64,000 bases of DNA from Kiritimatiellia bacterium (lineage in GTDB: Bacteria > Verrucomicrobiota > Kiritimatiellia > JAAZAB01), in NCBI GenBank assembly GCA_040767085.1, contig JAXGPF010000007.1, forward strand, positions 32,001 through 96,000, written 5' to 3'. Positions 43,721-53,303 of the stretch are shown piece after piece; within the stretch, counting starts at the first letter, position 1; every line of letters begins with the position of its first letter. The position numbers and the translations under genes are program-made. The notes beneath the pieces are model-generated. The model saw only the letters and a list, made by a program, of their open reading frames with translations. It did no database searches and was not told where the DNA came from.

Positions 43721-44905
43721 ATGGATGAATATCCGAAGGCAGCACTGGAGCGGGCAATGAAGGTACAGGAAGTGATCTTGCGTGCGATTGAAGGGCGGTT
43801 AATGTGGTGGGAGGCGGCGGAGATACTAGGTGTGAGCTACCGGACCATGCGGCGCTGGAAAGGGCGCTACGAGCGGTATGGTTACGACGGGCTGCTGGAT
43901 CGTCGGCGGAAGATACCGGGGCCGCGGCGCGTGCCCCTTGCGACGGTGAAGCAGGTGCTGAGGTTGTACCGAGAAGAATACATGGATTTCAATGTGAGGC
44001 ATTTTCACGAGAAGCTGCAGGCGGAGCATGGGATCGAGCTCAGTTATCAGTGGGTCAAGAGCGCCTTGCAGACGGCCGGGTTGGTGGCGAAGGCCCGGAA
44101 ACGAGGGCCGCATCGGCAGCAGCGGGAACGGCGACCAATGGCGGGGATGATGTTGATGGTGGATGGCAGCACCCATGCCTGGTTGCCCCTGCTGGCGGGC
44201 CAGAAGCAGGATCTGATCCTGGTGATGGACGATGCCACCAGCGAAGTCTACACGGCCTATCTTGTGCCCCAGGAAGGGACATTAACGGTGATGAAGGGGT
44301 TGAAAGAAGTCATTATTAAACATGGGGTTTTCTGCAGTCTGTACACGGATCGTGGCAGTCATTTCTTTTATACGCCCAAAGAAGGCGGGGCGGTGGACCG
44401 GCGTCAATTGACGCAAATTGGACGGGCGTTGCAACAGTTGGGGATCGAACATATTCCGAGCTATAGCCCCCAGGGACGTGGGCGAATAGAGCGGATGTTT
44501 AAGACCTGGCAAGGGCGCCTGCCGCAGGAATTAAGGCAGGCGGGAATCCGGACGATGGCCGAGGCCAACGTCTATATTCAACAACAGTTTCTGCCTTCCT
44601 TCAATCGCAACATGAAGGTGAAGGCGCGGGAAACAGGAACGTGTTTCGTGCCTTGCGGTGAGCAGGATTTGGACAGCATTTTCTGTGTGCAGCATGCGCG
44701 AGAGGTTCAAAATGACAATACCGTGGCTGTCGGGAGTCGCCGCTTGCAGATTGGACCATCAAAATGGCGTTTCAGCTTCGCCAAGTGCCGGGTTAAAGTC
44801 TGCGAGCACCTCGATGGCACGGTGTCCATCCGTTATGGCCCGCATGTGGTTGGCCGCTACCAAGGACCGTTGAACATTTCGGCGTCGCTGGAGGACGTCG
44901 CATAA
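43721..44905 (+). CDS. ISNCY/IS1202-type DDE transposase
   Basis: N-terminal HTH; DGSTHAW, DDATS, LYTDRGS, SPQGRGRIERMFKTWQGRL. Confidence 0.92.
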   Translation: MDEYPKAALERAMKVQEVILRAIEGRLMWWEAAEILGVSYRTMRRWKGRYERYGYDGLLDRRRKIPGPRRVPLATVKQVLRLYREEYMDFNVRHFHEKLQAEHGIELSYQWVKSALQTAGLVAKARKRGPHRQQRERRPMAGMMLMVDGSTHAWLPLLAGQKQDLILVMDDATSEVYTAYLVPQEGTLTVMKGLKEVIIKHGVFCSLYTDRGSHFFYTPKEGGAVDRRQLTQIGRALQQLGIEHIPSYSPQGRGRIERMFKTWQGRLPQELRQAGIRTMAEANVYIQQQFLPSFNRNMKVKARETGTCFVPCGEQDLDSIFCVQHAREVQNDNTVAVGSRRLQIGPSKWRFSFAKCRVKVCEHLDGTVSIRYGPHVVGRYQGPLNISASLEDVA

Positions 44906-44908
44906 ACT

Positions 44909-44934
44909 TTTTCCTCCCCCGCGGGGGAGGAAAA
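44909..44934. terminator. Perfect 26-bp palindrome after the transposase stop
   Basis: TTTTCCTCCCCCGCGGGGGAGGAAAA. Confidence 0.55.
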
Positions 44935-45110
44935 TCCTCACCCCAGGAGCAACAACACACAATAACAAATCGGACAGATCACTTGTTACAAAAAGCGGAC
45001 ACTTGACTTGTTACGAACACATTTTTAAATTAATTTGTCATGACAGTTTAATCCGTTGACTTACAACGCGCATGGGATACATTACATAAATCAAGGGAGG
45101 TTATTCATCC

Positions 45111-46040
45111 ATGGGAATTTTGTTCACCCGGAAGTTTTGCATGCTGGCGGTCTTGACGGCCCTGTCTGCCGCTCCCGCACGAGCTGACCATGCAACCGCG
45201 ATTCCAGAGGAAACGCAAGCGCCCGATTTTTTGTGCGAAGTCATCCGCCACCTTTACCGATGGTACCTGGACGAACATGACATTGAAAAAATCGCCCCGG
45301 ACGCGGGGATCGCCATCCGGCTGCGCAATATCACCCCGCCCGACCTCGATCCTGGCGATCGCAGCCGCATCATTGAAATGGAGTTGCCCGCGCTGGCACT
45401 GCATGTCACCTTGAAAAAAACGGACTACCGGATTCCCGAACTGAACTTGGAAGTCAAAAGTAAAACTTTTAAAATCATTGACGTCGCGCGCGACAAACAT
45501 GGCGCGCCGGCGCCCGGCGATGCGCTGGAAATTAAACTGCCGGTGCAACAAATCAAGAACTTCGTGTTCCGCACCCGGTCGCAACGGGACCCGCTCACCC
45601 CCGCATTGGGCCGGCATGTCCACGACGCCATCCGCCGGGAGATTGCGGACGAAGACGCCTCCCTGACCAACGACATGCATGAAGCGCACATCGCGCCGTT
45701 AAGCCCGGTGGCCAACGAACTGTGGATTTTCTGGGAGACGGGCCGGCGCCTGATCCGGGTGACCTCCGACCTGGAGATCGCCGACCCGGCCATGTGGCAA
45801 CATGAACATCTTGCCGTGCGTCTTTACGATATTGACCGCCAGACCGTAGTCTCGCTGGAGGAGACGCCCGGCAGCAATGCCTATCTGACGCGCGACCAGG
45901 TCGGCCGCGCCTTGTTCAACTGCATGGTGCTCGGCGAATACCGTGAAATCAATATCGGCCTCAGCGCGGCCCCCGCCCCGCCCGGAGGCGGCGGGCCGGG
46001 GAATGGCAGCGCCGCGGAAACAATCCGGCAAACAAATTAA
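45111..46040 (+). CDS. Exported hypothetical protein
   Basis: GGGAGG RBS, signal peptide ending ARA, 309 aa. Confidence 0.75.
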   Translation: MGILFTRKFCMLAVLTALSAAPARADHATAIPEETQAPDFLCEVIRHLYRWYLDEHDIEKIAPDAGIAIRLRNITPPDLDPGDRSRIIEMELPALALHVTLKKTDYRIPELNLEVKSKTFKIIDVARDKHGAPAPGDALEIKLPVQQIKNFVFRTRSQRDPLTPALGRHVHDAIRREIADEDASLTNDMHEAHIAPLSPVANELWIFWETGRRLIRVTSDLEIADPAMWQHEHLAVRLYDIDRQTVVSLEETPGSNAYLTRDQVGRALFNCMVLGEYREINIGLSAAPAPPGGGGPGNGSAAETIRQTN

Positions 46041-46072
46041 TCCGGGGCGTGATGTCCGGCGCCCGTTTGCCA

Positions 46073-46443
46073 GGTGTACGACAAATTTGTTGGTGATTTG
46101 TATAAACTTTAATATCACGGCGGATTTCAGTGTGATTTATGAGTCCGCTATAGATACAACCATGTAAATTCCGATAATTTCGGCCAAGTTATACCATCCT
46201 GGCCGGAATTGGGCGACCGCGTTGCGAATTCCGCTCCCCGAGCTTGCCGAGGGGTTCGAAAAGACAAGGCAAGTTTGGGGTGGATGCGTGGGCGCAGGTG
46301 GTGACGCTAATCTCAAGATTGCGTCAGCGCCTGCAACCACGCCCGCAGGGTCCGCGCAGCGGACAGACGCCCCAAAATCGCCGCCGTACTTTTCGAACGG
46401 AATTCGCAATGCATCCCTACACCAACAAATTTGTCTTACATCC
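46073..46443. mobile_element. Candidate MITE / structured non-coding element
   Basis: 21-bp inverted repeat TGTACGACAAATTTGTTGGTG (46075-46095) / CACCAACAAATTTGTCTTACA (46420-46440), 1 mismatch; nested multi-stem hairpin 46219-46412. Confidence 0.6.
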
Positions 46444-46562
46444 GTTTACTGCAGCAGTGGATTTCCCGCTCGACCCGCGCCGACGGCTTTGCTAGCATGG
46501 CCAGCGTCTGAATTGACACAGGCCGCCATCCGCGGCCTGCCCGCTTGCACAAGGGGAAGCAT

Positions 46563-47267
46563 ATGAACACACTGATCGCGCTGATCGCCGGATTCTTCAT
46601 CGCTGTGTTGCTGTTCAGCGGCCTGCGCCTGTTGCGCGGGCGCCGCGGCGGCGCCGGCGGCCGCCAGACCGCGGTGGATTCCAGCATTGAAAAGCTCAAA
46701 GCCATCGGCGAACTCTCGGTTTTCAAGGCGTTAACCAAGGAAATCGTCACCGAGGTGGACCACAGTTGGGGCGAATTCGGCCGCAAATACTTGAGCTGGA
46801 TTCTCTCCAACAAGAAAATGGCGATGATCTTCGCCTTTGAAATCGATTTCCGCTACGACTTGCGCAGCCCGGATTTCCAGGTTGAAATTAAGGGCGGGGA
46901 GTGCGTTTTCAAGATGCCGCCGTGCCGGCATGAGATCAACATCCGCGACATCCAGTTTTACGATGAGCAGAAAAGCCGGCTGGTTCCCTGGCTCCTGCCC
47001 GACCTGCTGAACACCCTGTTCACCGACGGCTTCACCGAGCAGGACCGCAACCGCCTCAAGGATGCCGCGCGGAACAACGCCCGGCGTCAAGCCGCCTTGC
47101 TGATCGGCCAACTCGGCTCGGAAGTGGAGCATTCCGCCCAGCAAACCCTGGGGTCTCTGGCCAGGGCTTTCGGCCTGGCCCAGACCTCCTTCGTGTTTCC
47201 CCGGCAGGATGCCGCGGCAGACCTGCCGGTTACGTACGATCCGCCTGCCGCGCGCACACCCGCCTGA
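46563..47267 (+). CDS. DUF4230-like membrane-anchored protein
   Basis: N-terminal TM; IGELSV, FRYDL, YDE motifs. Confidence 0.7.
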   Translation: MNTLIALIAGFFIAVLLFSGLRLLRGRRGGAGGRQTAVDSSIEKLKAIGELSVFKALTKEIVTEVDHSWGEFGRKYLSWILSNKKMAMIFAFEIDFRYDLRSPDFQVEIKGGECVFKMPPCRHEINIRDIQFYDEQKSRLVPWLLPDLLNTLFTDGFTEQDRNRLKDAARNNARRQAALLIGQLGSEVEHSAQQTLGSLARAFGLAQTSFVFPRQDAAADLPVTYDPPAARTPA

Positions 47268-47330
47268 TCCTGGATTCCTCAGGGCGGGCTTTTGGCCGTC
47301 ATCTTCCGCAAATATTTCAGTATCCGAAGC

Positions 47331-48290
47331 ATGCCCTCGAGACCAAAACCTTTAAAATCCGACGCGCCACTCCAACTGATCCTGGCGGCGCCGCGGGGAC
47401 TATGCGCCGGCGTGAAACGGGCTATCGAAACCGCCGAGGCCGCCTTGCGCAAATTCGGCCGCCCGATTTACTGCCTGAACGAAATTGTCCACAACCGGCA
47501 GGTGGTTGACCAATTGGCAAGCCAAGGGGTGATCTTTGTCCGCCGCCTGGAAGACGTCCCCGATGGCAGCGTGCTGCTTTTCAGCGCCCATGGCGTCCCA
47601 CCGGCCGCCCGCACGGCAGCGCAGCGCAAGAATTTGAATGTGATTGACGCCACCTGCCCGTTTGTCGCCAAGGCCCACCAGGCCATCCGCGCCTACGCCG
47701 CCCAGGGCTTCACCATTTTCCTGATCGGCAAGCATGGTCATGAGGAAGTGGTTGGCATCGCGGGGGAAGCGCCCGATCATGTGCAAGTGATTGAAACAGA
47801 AGATGAAGCCCGTGCGGCCGCCGCGCCGGACCCGCGCCGCACGGCCGTGCTGACCCAGACCACTTTAAGCTGGTCCGAAACACAAGCCATCAGCGAAATC
47901 CTCCAGCGGCGTTTCCCGGGCCTCCAAACTCCCGGCGGCGGCATCTGCTACGCTACGCGCCACCGCCAGCAGGCCGTGCAAGCCGTCGCCCGCCAGGCCC
48001 AGGCGGTGTTCGTCCTGGGATCGCCCAACAGTTCTAATTCGCGCCGCCTGGTCGAAGTCGCGCGCGCGGAAGGCGTGCGCGCCGAACTCATTCCCGACCT
48101 GTCCACCCTTGAAAAACTGATCCACCCCGGCATAACACGCTTGGGCCTGACGGCTGGCGCCTCGGTGCCGGAACATTTTATCAAGCAAGCCGTGTCCCTG
48201 CTGCAAAAACATGGATATGCCGTGACTCAGGAAATCGGCGCCGGCCGGGAAAACGTCTGTTTCCCGTTGCCTGATGAAATCCGGCATTGA
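47331..48290 (+). CDS. ispH: 4-hydroxy-3-methylbut-2-enyl diphosphate reductase
   Basis: PRGLCAGV, EIVHN, FSAHG, DATCP, HEEV, ICYAT..RQ, SSNS, TAGAS. Confidence 0.95.
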   Translation: MPSRPKPLKSDAPLQLILAAPRGLCAGVKRAIETAEAALRKFGRPIYCLNEIVHNRQVVDQLASQGVIFVRRLEDVPDGSVLLFSAHGVPPAARTAAQRKNLNVIDATCPFVAKAHQAIRAYAAQGFTIFLIGKHGHEEVVGIAGEAPDHVQVIETEDEARAAAAPDPRRTAVLTQTTLSWSETQAISEILQRRFPGLQTPGGGICYATRHRQQAVQAVARQAQAVFVLGSPNSSNSRRLVEVARAEGVRAELIPDLSTLEKLIHPGITRLGLTAGASVPEHFIKQAVSLLQKHGYAVTQEIGAGRENVCFPLPDEIRH

Positions 48291-48360
48291 TTTCCGCGTT
48301 GGATTTGCGACAATAGGATATGCCCACCGCTGTGCGGATAACTGGAAAGGTGTAGGCCGT

Positions 48361-49158
48361 ATGTATCTCGAATACTGGGGTTTTCAATGCATGCCGTTTG
48401 ATAATGCCCCCGACCACCGCTTCTTCTTCGAATCCGAGGGGCACAAGGAAGCCGTCACGCGCCTGCTGTTTGCCATCCAGTCCAAAAAAGCCATCGCCCT
48501 GCTGACGGGGGATTACGGCAGCGGCAAGACCGTCGTCTGCGAGACCGTCATCAACCAGCTGACCCCTGAAAAATATAAAATCGCCTTGATCACCAATCCC
48601 CGGCTGGACGCCCTGGACTTGGCGCGGGAAATCACCTTTAAGCTGGGCGAAGAAGTTTCCACCCGCTCCATGTACGACACCCTGCACGTTTTGAATAATC
48701 TGCTGGACCGCCACGCCGCCACCGGCAAGCATTGTGTCGTTATGATTGACGAAGCGCAACTGATTCTGAATACCAGCGTGCTGGAAGACATCCGCCTCTT
48801 ATTGAACCATCACCGCGCCGGCGGCTTCCTGCTGACGCTGGTCCTGGTCGGGCAGACGGAATTCGGCGACATGCTGAAATCCATCCCGCAAATGGTGCAA
48901 CGGATTGCCTTGAAATATCACATCAAGCACCTTCAGCCGGCCGAGTTGCAGCCCTACATCCTGTCGCGCATCAAATTAGCCGGCGGTAGCGATGACCTTT
49001 TTGACCAGACTGCTTTCGATGAAATTGCGCGTTACAGCAAGTGCAATCCGCGCGAAATCAACGCCATCTGCGATCTGGCGCTTCTGATCGGCTGTCTGAC
49101 GGAAGCCCGCCGGATTACGGCCAAGGAAATTTTAGAAGCCATCAGCGAGCGCCAATGA
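48361..49158 (+). CDS. ExeA/GspA-like AAA ATPase
   Basis: MYLEYWG...PF..PD, GDYGSGKT Walker A, IDEAQ Walker B, LVGQ, PREIN..CD. Confidence 0.88.
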   Translation: MYLEYWGFQCMPFDNAPDHRFFFESEGHKEAVTRLLFAIQSKKAIALLTGDYGSGKTVVCETVINQLTPEKYKIALITNPRLDALDLAREITFKLGEEVSTRSMYDTLHVLNNLLDRHAATGKHCVVMIDEAQLILNTSVLEDIRLLLNHHRAGGFLLTLVLVGQTEFGDMLKSIPQMVQRIALKYHIKHLQPAELQPYILSRIKLAGGSDDLFDQTAFDEIARYSKCNPREINAICDLALLIGCLTEARRITAKEILEAISERQ

Positions 49159-49240
49159 GCCGGACTGATCAGCAGCACGGCAGATTTGGGGATGATGCCG
49201 GACCGCGCAAGTTCAGACCGGCGAAAGGCACAGGAGCAGC

Positions 49241-49618
49241 ATGCACCAGGACAAGCGTATTTTACTGATCGAAGACGACGAGATCGTCCAGAAACTGATT
49301 GCCAAACTGTGCGCGCGCCATGGCATTCAAGTCGTCGTGGCCGACACCCAGGCCGCGATCAGCCAGGCCTTGAGCGCAGTGGCGCAATTCGACTTGTTTT
49401 TCGTGGACCTGATTTTACCCGAAATCACCGGGTGGGAGGCCATGGACCTGATTAAAAAAAACCCTGGCAGCCGGAACAAACCGCTGATCGTGCTGACCGG
49501 GGCGGTTTTATCCAAGCGCGAAAAAGAAAAGATATTGCAGCAAGCCGCGGCGATTGTTGAAAAAAAGTTTTTTACCTTGAAATTATTCGACGATATCCTG
49601 CATAAATATCTCGCTTGA
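49241..49618 (+). CDS. Single-domain response regulator receiver
   Basis: ILLIEDD, VDLILPEITG, IVLTG. Confidence 0.85.
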   Translation: MHQDKRILLIEDDEIVQKLIAKLCARHGIQVVVADTQAAISQALSAVAQFDLFFVDLILPEITGWEAMDLIKKNPGSRNKPLIVLTGAVLSKREKEKILQQAAAIVEKKFFTLKLFDDILHKYLA

Positions 49619-50877
49619 TTTCCAGCCGGGCGGCGGCCGGGAGATTCCCTGCCGCCGGCCGGCCCGCACAGGATGGGCAGGCCGTGAAACTTTCGGAACT
49701 AATGAGCAAAAAGACGCCCGGCCCCGGGCAACCGCCGCCGGCAACGACCCCCCGCGAAAACCGGGCGTCTCCGCCTGCGCGGAAAGCGCCGGTAAGCCCG
49801 CGCGCCAAAGATGCCTGCCCGGCGCCCACGCCATCGGACGATGCCGATATCTCCACCGCGCCTGTTTTGGAGACGCCTGCCGACATCGCCGCCGTCATGC
49901 GTGACGAAACCCTCTATGACTGCCGGCCGCAGGAAATGTACAAACTGGCCGAACGCATGGGGATTGACATCACCTTGAACAAGCACACCTCCCTGAAAAA
50001 AGCCGCAGCCTGCCTTGGCACGGTGTTTCGCGTCATCGGCAATGATTTGACGGATAAATGCATGTTATGGTCCATGACCAAAAGCATTGCCGGCGACCTG
50101 GAAGACTTGATCGGCGCGGCCGACAACGTGGTCACCGAATTGCCGCGGCCCAAGTTCGCCCCAGACCGCCTGATCTGGCACAGCATTTACACCTCGATTC
50201 TGACCATGGCCCTGGCGCGGGACACGCCGGACTTGCCGTGTTCCATCCAGGAAATCGGCGCGGCGGCGCTGCTGCACGACACCGGTAAACTGGTGCTGCC
50301 GGAGTTCTTCAACAGCGTCAACCAGGAAAACAGCCCGGTTTACCAGGAACATGTCATCCGGAGCGTGGAACTGGCCCGGGAAATCGAGGCGCCGGATATC
50401 GTGATTACCGCCATCGCCCAGCATCACGAGCAACTGGACGGCAAGGGATTCCCCAACCACATAACCGGCGCCGAAATGCTTTTGACCAGCCAGATGGTCG
50501 CCATCGCCAATATTTTCGAGCAGGCTCAAATCAGCCATCTGGTTCCCACGGGCGAAGTGGCTTCGCCCATCCCGGTCGACATTCCGATGCTGTTTAAAAA
50601 ATGCCACGGCGCCTTCGACGACGCGCTTTTGGAAAAGATGATCGGCATGATCGGATTTTATCCTGCCGGCTCGATTGTGGAGCTAAGCGACCGGTCGGTC
50701 TGCAAGGTTATCCGGCAGAACACCGATTATCCGCTCCACCCGGTGGTCCAGGTAATCATGGATGGCGAAGGCAATCACCCGGCCCAGGCACAGGTCATTG
50801 ATTTGCGCCAGGCTGCCATGTTATCCATCACCAAGTCCATCAGCCGCGCCGCCGGGCAACCGCCCGCGACACAGTAA
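49615..50877 (+). CDS. HD-GYP-like domain protein (partly degenerate); true start uncertain, possibly 49702
   Basis: LLHDTGK, HHEQLDGKGFP, GFYPAGSIVELS. Confidence 0.8.
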   Translation: MISSRAAAGRFPAAGRPAQDGQAVKLSELMSKKTPGPGQPPPATTPRENRASPPARKAPVSPRAKDACPAPTPSDDADISTAPVLETPADIAAVMRDETLYDCRPQEMYKLAERMGIDITLNKHTSLKKAAACLGTVFRVIGNDLTDKCMLWSMTKSIAGDLEDLIGAADNVVTELPRPKFAPDRLIWHSIYTSILTMALARDTPDLPCSIQEIGAAALLHDTGKLVLPEFFNSVNQENSPVYQEHVIRSVELAREIEAPDIVITAIAQHHEQLDGKGFPNHITGAEMLLTSQMVAIANIFEQAQISHLVPTGEVASPIPVDIPMLFKKCHGAFDDALLEKMIGMIGFYPAGSIVELSDRSVCKVIRQNTDYPLHPVVQVIMDGEGNHPAQAQVIDLRQAAMLSITKSISRAAGQPPATQ

Positions 50878-50996
50878 TTGTGCGGAAGTCAATCATTGCA
50901 TGGTTTCCCCGGCCTGGCGTCACCATTTACAGCCGCGCCCATGCCCGTTGAAATTCTTTGTGTTCTTTGCGCTCTTTTGCGGTTAATTTGCTGAAT

Positions 50997-51800
50997 CTAA
51001 TCCGTAATAAGACCGCCCAGAAAACGGCGGATATTTCCTCGCAACGCCTCCGCTAATGTTCCGTCCGGCACACCGCGCAACTCCGCTGCCGCATGGAACA
51101 CTATGCCCAGATTGGCGGGCTCGTTCCATTCGCCCGCCGCGCCGGCCGGCAGGAGGTCGGGCGAGTCGGTTTCCAGCAGCAGCCGGTCCGCGGGCATCGC
51201 CAGCAAGGCCCGGCGGGCGCGTTGATGATGCGGGAAGGTGATGTTGCCGGCGAAGGAAACATACGCCCCCAGTTCCAACAGTTCCTCCAGCACTTCCAGG
51301 GAACCCGACCAGGCATGCACCATCAGACCGGCCGGCGGCAGGCCATCCCGGCGCAAAATTTCCAGGAGCCGTCCCCAGGCCCGGCGGCAATGGATCGTCA
51401 CCGGGCGCCGCATCCGGCGCGCCAGTTCCAACTGGCCGACAAATATCTTTCCCTGCTCCAGGTCATCCCGGCCGGCAACCAGGCGGTCAAGCCCGATTTC
51501 GCCGATGCCGGCCGGCTGGCGGCTTAACTGATCTTCCAAAACACGCAGCCAATCCTGCGAATGTCCGGCAATATGGCAGGGATGCAGGCCGAATGAAGGG
51601 AAGATCCTGAGGGCCGGGCGCTGGGCCGCGTCGGCTTCCTGGCCGCGCGCCAGCTCCGCCACAAGCGGCCAGTCCTGTTCGGTGCAACCGCAGCACTGTA
51701 CGCCCGCCACCCCGGCGGCGGCGGCCCGCCGCAAGACCGCCGGCCAATCAGCCAGCAGCCGCGCATCCTGCAAATGGCAATGGGCATCGAATAGTTGCAT
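50997..51800 (-). CDS. tatD: TatD-family hydrolase
   Basis: DAHCH, GLHP, IGEIGLD, TIHCR, LLETDSP, NEP. Confidence 0.9.
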   Translation of the reverse strand: MQLFDAHCHLQDARLLADWPAVLRRAAAAGVAGVQCCGCTEQDWPLVAELARGQEADAAQRPALRIFPSFGLHPCHIAGHSQDWLRVLEDQLSRQPAGIGEIGLDRLVAGRDDLEQGKIFVGQLELARRMRRPVTIHCRRAWGRLLEILRRDGLPPAGLMVHAWSGSLEVLEELLELGAYVSFAGNITFPHHQRARRALLAMPADRLLLETDSPDLLPAGAAGEWNEPANLGIVFHAAAELRGVPDGTLAEALRGNIRRFLGGLITD

Positions 51801-51820
51801 GGCACTAAGAATGGTGGTCG

Positions 51821-51967
51821 GTGTTCAGTGTTCAGGATTCAGTGTTCAGTGTTCGGTGTTCGGTGTTCGGTGTTCAGTGTTCGGTGTTCGGTGTTCAGTG
51901 TTCGGTGTTCGGTGTTCGGTGTTCGGTGTTCAGTGTTCGGTGTTCAGGATTCAGTGTTCGGTGTTCG
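51821..51967. repeat. Tandem heptamer repeat (GTGTTCR) x21
   Basis: 147 bp, 21 units including two GGATTCA variants; inverted copies at 52073-52096 and 52128-52140. Confidence 0.95.
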
Positions 51968-52119
51968 GTGTCGCATACTGTTATGCATCAACATATTAAA
52001 ATCCTGGCTGATTTCAACCGAATACTGCGTTGAAAGCGGCTCGGTTTTTAGGCATGACAACGGAACCTATTCCACTGAACACCGAACACTGAACACAAAC
52101 TCTACACCCCGCATCCCGC

Positions 52120-53115
52120 TCACTGCCCACCGAACACTGATTTCAATTCCTCAACCTGCCGCACTGCCAGGGGAGACAGCTTCTCCGTTTCGCCCGGCGG
52201 CAGCCGCCGCCCCTGATTAAACAACACCACCACCGCATTCCGCTGCAATCTTTCCAGGCCCAGTCGCATGACCGGCGTATCCCGGAAAATAGCTGAAAAT
52301 CCCGGCTCCAGCAATGCCAGGCAATCCTCCGGCCCGGGCAAGTTTTCCCGCTGCGCCACAAACTCCGGCAGCATGCCGGCACGATCAGCCTGGGATGGAT
52401 TCCGCGGGCAGACGGCGGTGCAACAATCACAGCCGAATAGACGCTTTCCTACAAACCCAGCCGCCGCGCGGGGAATGACGCCCTTATGTTCCACGGTCCA
52501 ATATGCCGCGCACCGGCGCGCGTCCACCAGGCCATCCGGGCCGATGGCGGAATTGGGACAAGCCGCGGCGCACTGCCGGCAATCGCCGCAAAGATCGGGG
52601 GCCGGCGAACCGGATGTTTGCAGCGAAACATCCATCAACACCGCCCCCAGGCACAGGCAACAACCCCAGCGCGGATGCACCAGCGCCCCCTGCCGGCCGC
52701 GCCAGCCCAGCCCGGCACGCAAAGCCCATTCCCTTTCCGGCAGCGGCGCCGAATCAACGCAGATGCGGTACCGGGCGGAGCCGCCGGTTTGAACGCGGAG
52801 AAACTCCGCCAATTGGCGCAACCGCGCGCGCATAACCTCATGGTAATCCGGCAGACGGGCGTAGCCGGCATAGTCATTCCCGGGCCTGCCCGGCAGGTAC
52901 CGCGCCGCAACCATTACAAGCGTTCGGGCACCAGGCAGCAGCCGCTCCGGATGCCGCCGCAACGCGGCATGGCGCACCAGGTAACCCATCCCCGCCGCCC
53001 GGCCGGATGCCAGCCATTGTTCGATAACGGATTGCGATTGGCTGGGTCCGGCCGGCGCGCAGCCGGCCGCCGCAAATCCCAATTCCAACGCCTTGTTGAT
53101 GATGGCGGATTCCAT
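52120..53115 (-). CDS. queG: Epoxyqueuosine reductase
   Basis: DYH, VDSAPLPER, CGDCRQCAAACP, DARRC, FGCDCCTAVCP. Confidence 0.9.
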   Translation of the reverse strand: MESAIINKALELGFAAAGCAPAGPSQSQSVIEQWLASGRAAGMGYLVRHAALRRHPERLLPGARTLVMVAARYLPGRPGNDYAGYARLPDYHEVMRARLRQLAEFLRVQTGGSARYRICVDSAPLPEREWALRAGLGWRGRQGALVHPRWGCCLCLGAVLMDVSLQTSGSPAPDLCGDCRQCAAACPNSAIGPDGLVDARRCAAYWTVEHKGVIPRAAAGFVGKRLFGCDCCTAVCPRNPSQADRAGMLPEFVAQRENLPGPEDCLALLEPGFSAIFRDTPVMRLGLERLQRNAVVVLFNQGRRLPPGETEKLSPLAVRQVEELKSVFGGQ

Positions 53116-53183
53116 GTCAATTCGTTAACTACCTGAAGTTTGCGCCATGCAAGTTTGGCGCGGGGCAAGGCGGCGAGAGTGGT

Positions 53184-53297
53184 AGCTATTAGAGCTATTA
53201 GGGGCACGTCTCATGCTATTAGGGTCACGTCTAAATATGTCATGCTATTAGGGTCACGTCTTAATTTGTAATATTTTCAGCACTTTACGGCAGGCTG
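53184..53297. repeat. Ladder of partial duplications of the Y1 element end (9, 19, 29, 57 bp)
   Basis: Units start at or near (CAT)GCTATTAG and extend increasing distances into GGTCACGTCTAAATTTGTAATATTTTCAGC... Confidence 0.85.
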
Positions 53298-53303
53298 CAT
53301 GCT

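Larger units (their letters stand above)
43634..45019 (+). mobile_element. IS1202-type (ISNCY) insertion sequence, intact copy
   Basis: TGTCGTAAAC...GTTACGAACA ends shared with the second copy; reiterated subterminal CGGACA/ACTTGTTAC motifs; flanking CATTTTTAAATTAATT direct repeat (43617-43632, 45020-45035). Confidence 0.9.

Noticed and set aside
51682-52220. ORFs with (CSVFGVR)n repeats
   Set aside because: Translations of the heptamer DNA repeat open in all three frames; no evidence of a real protein
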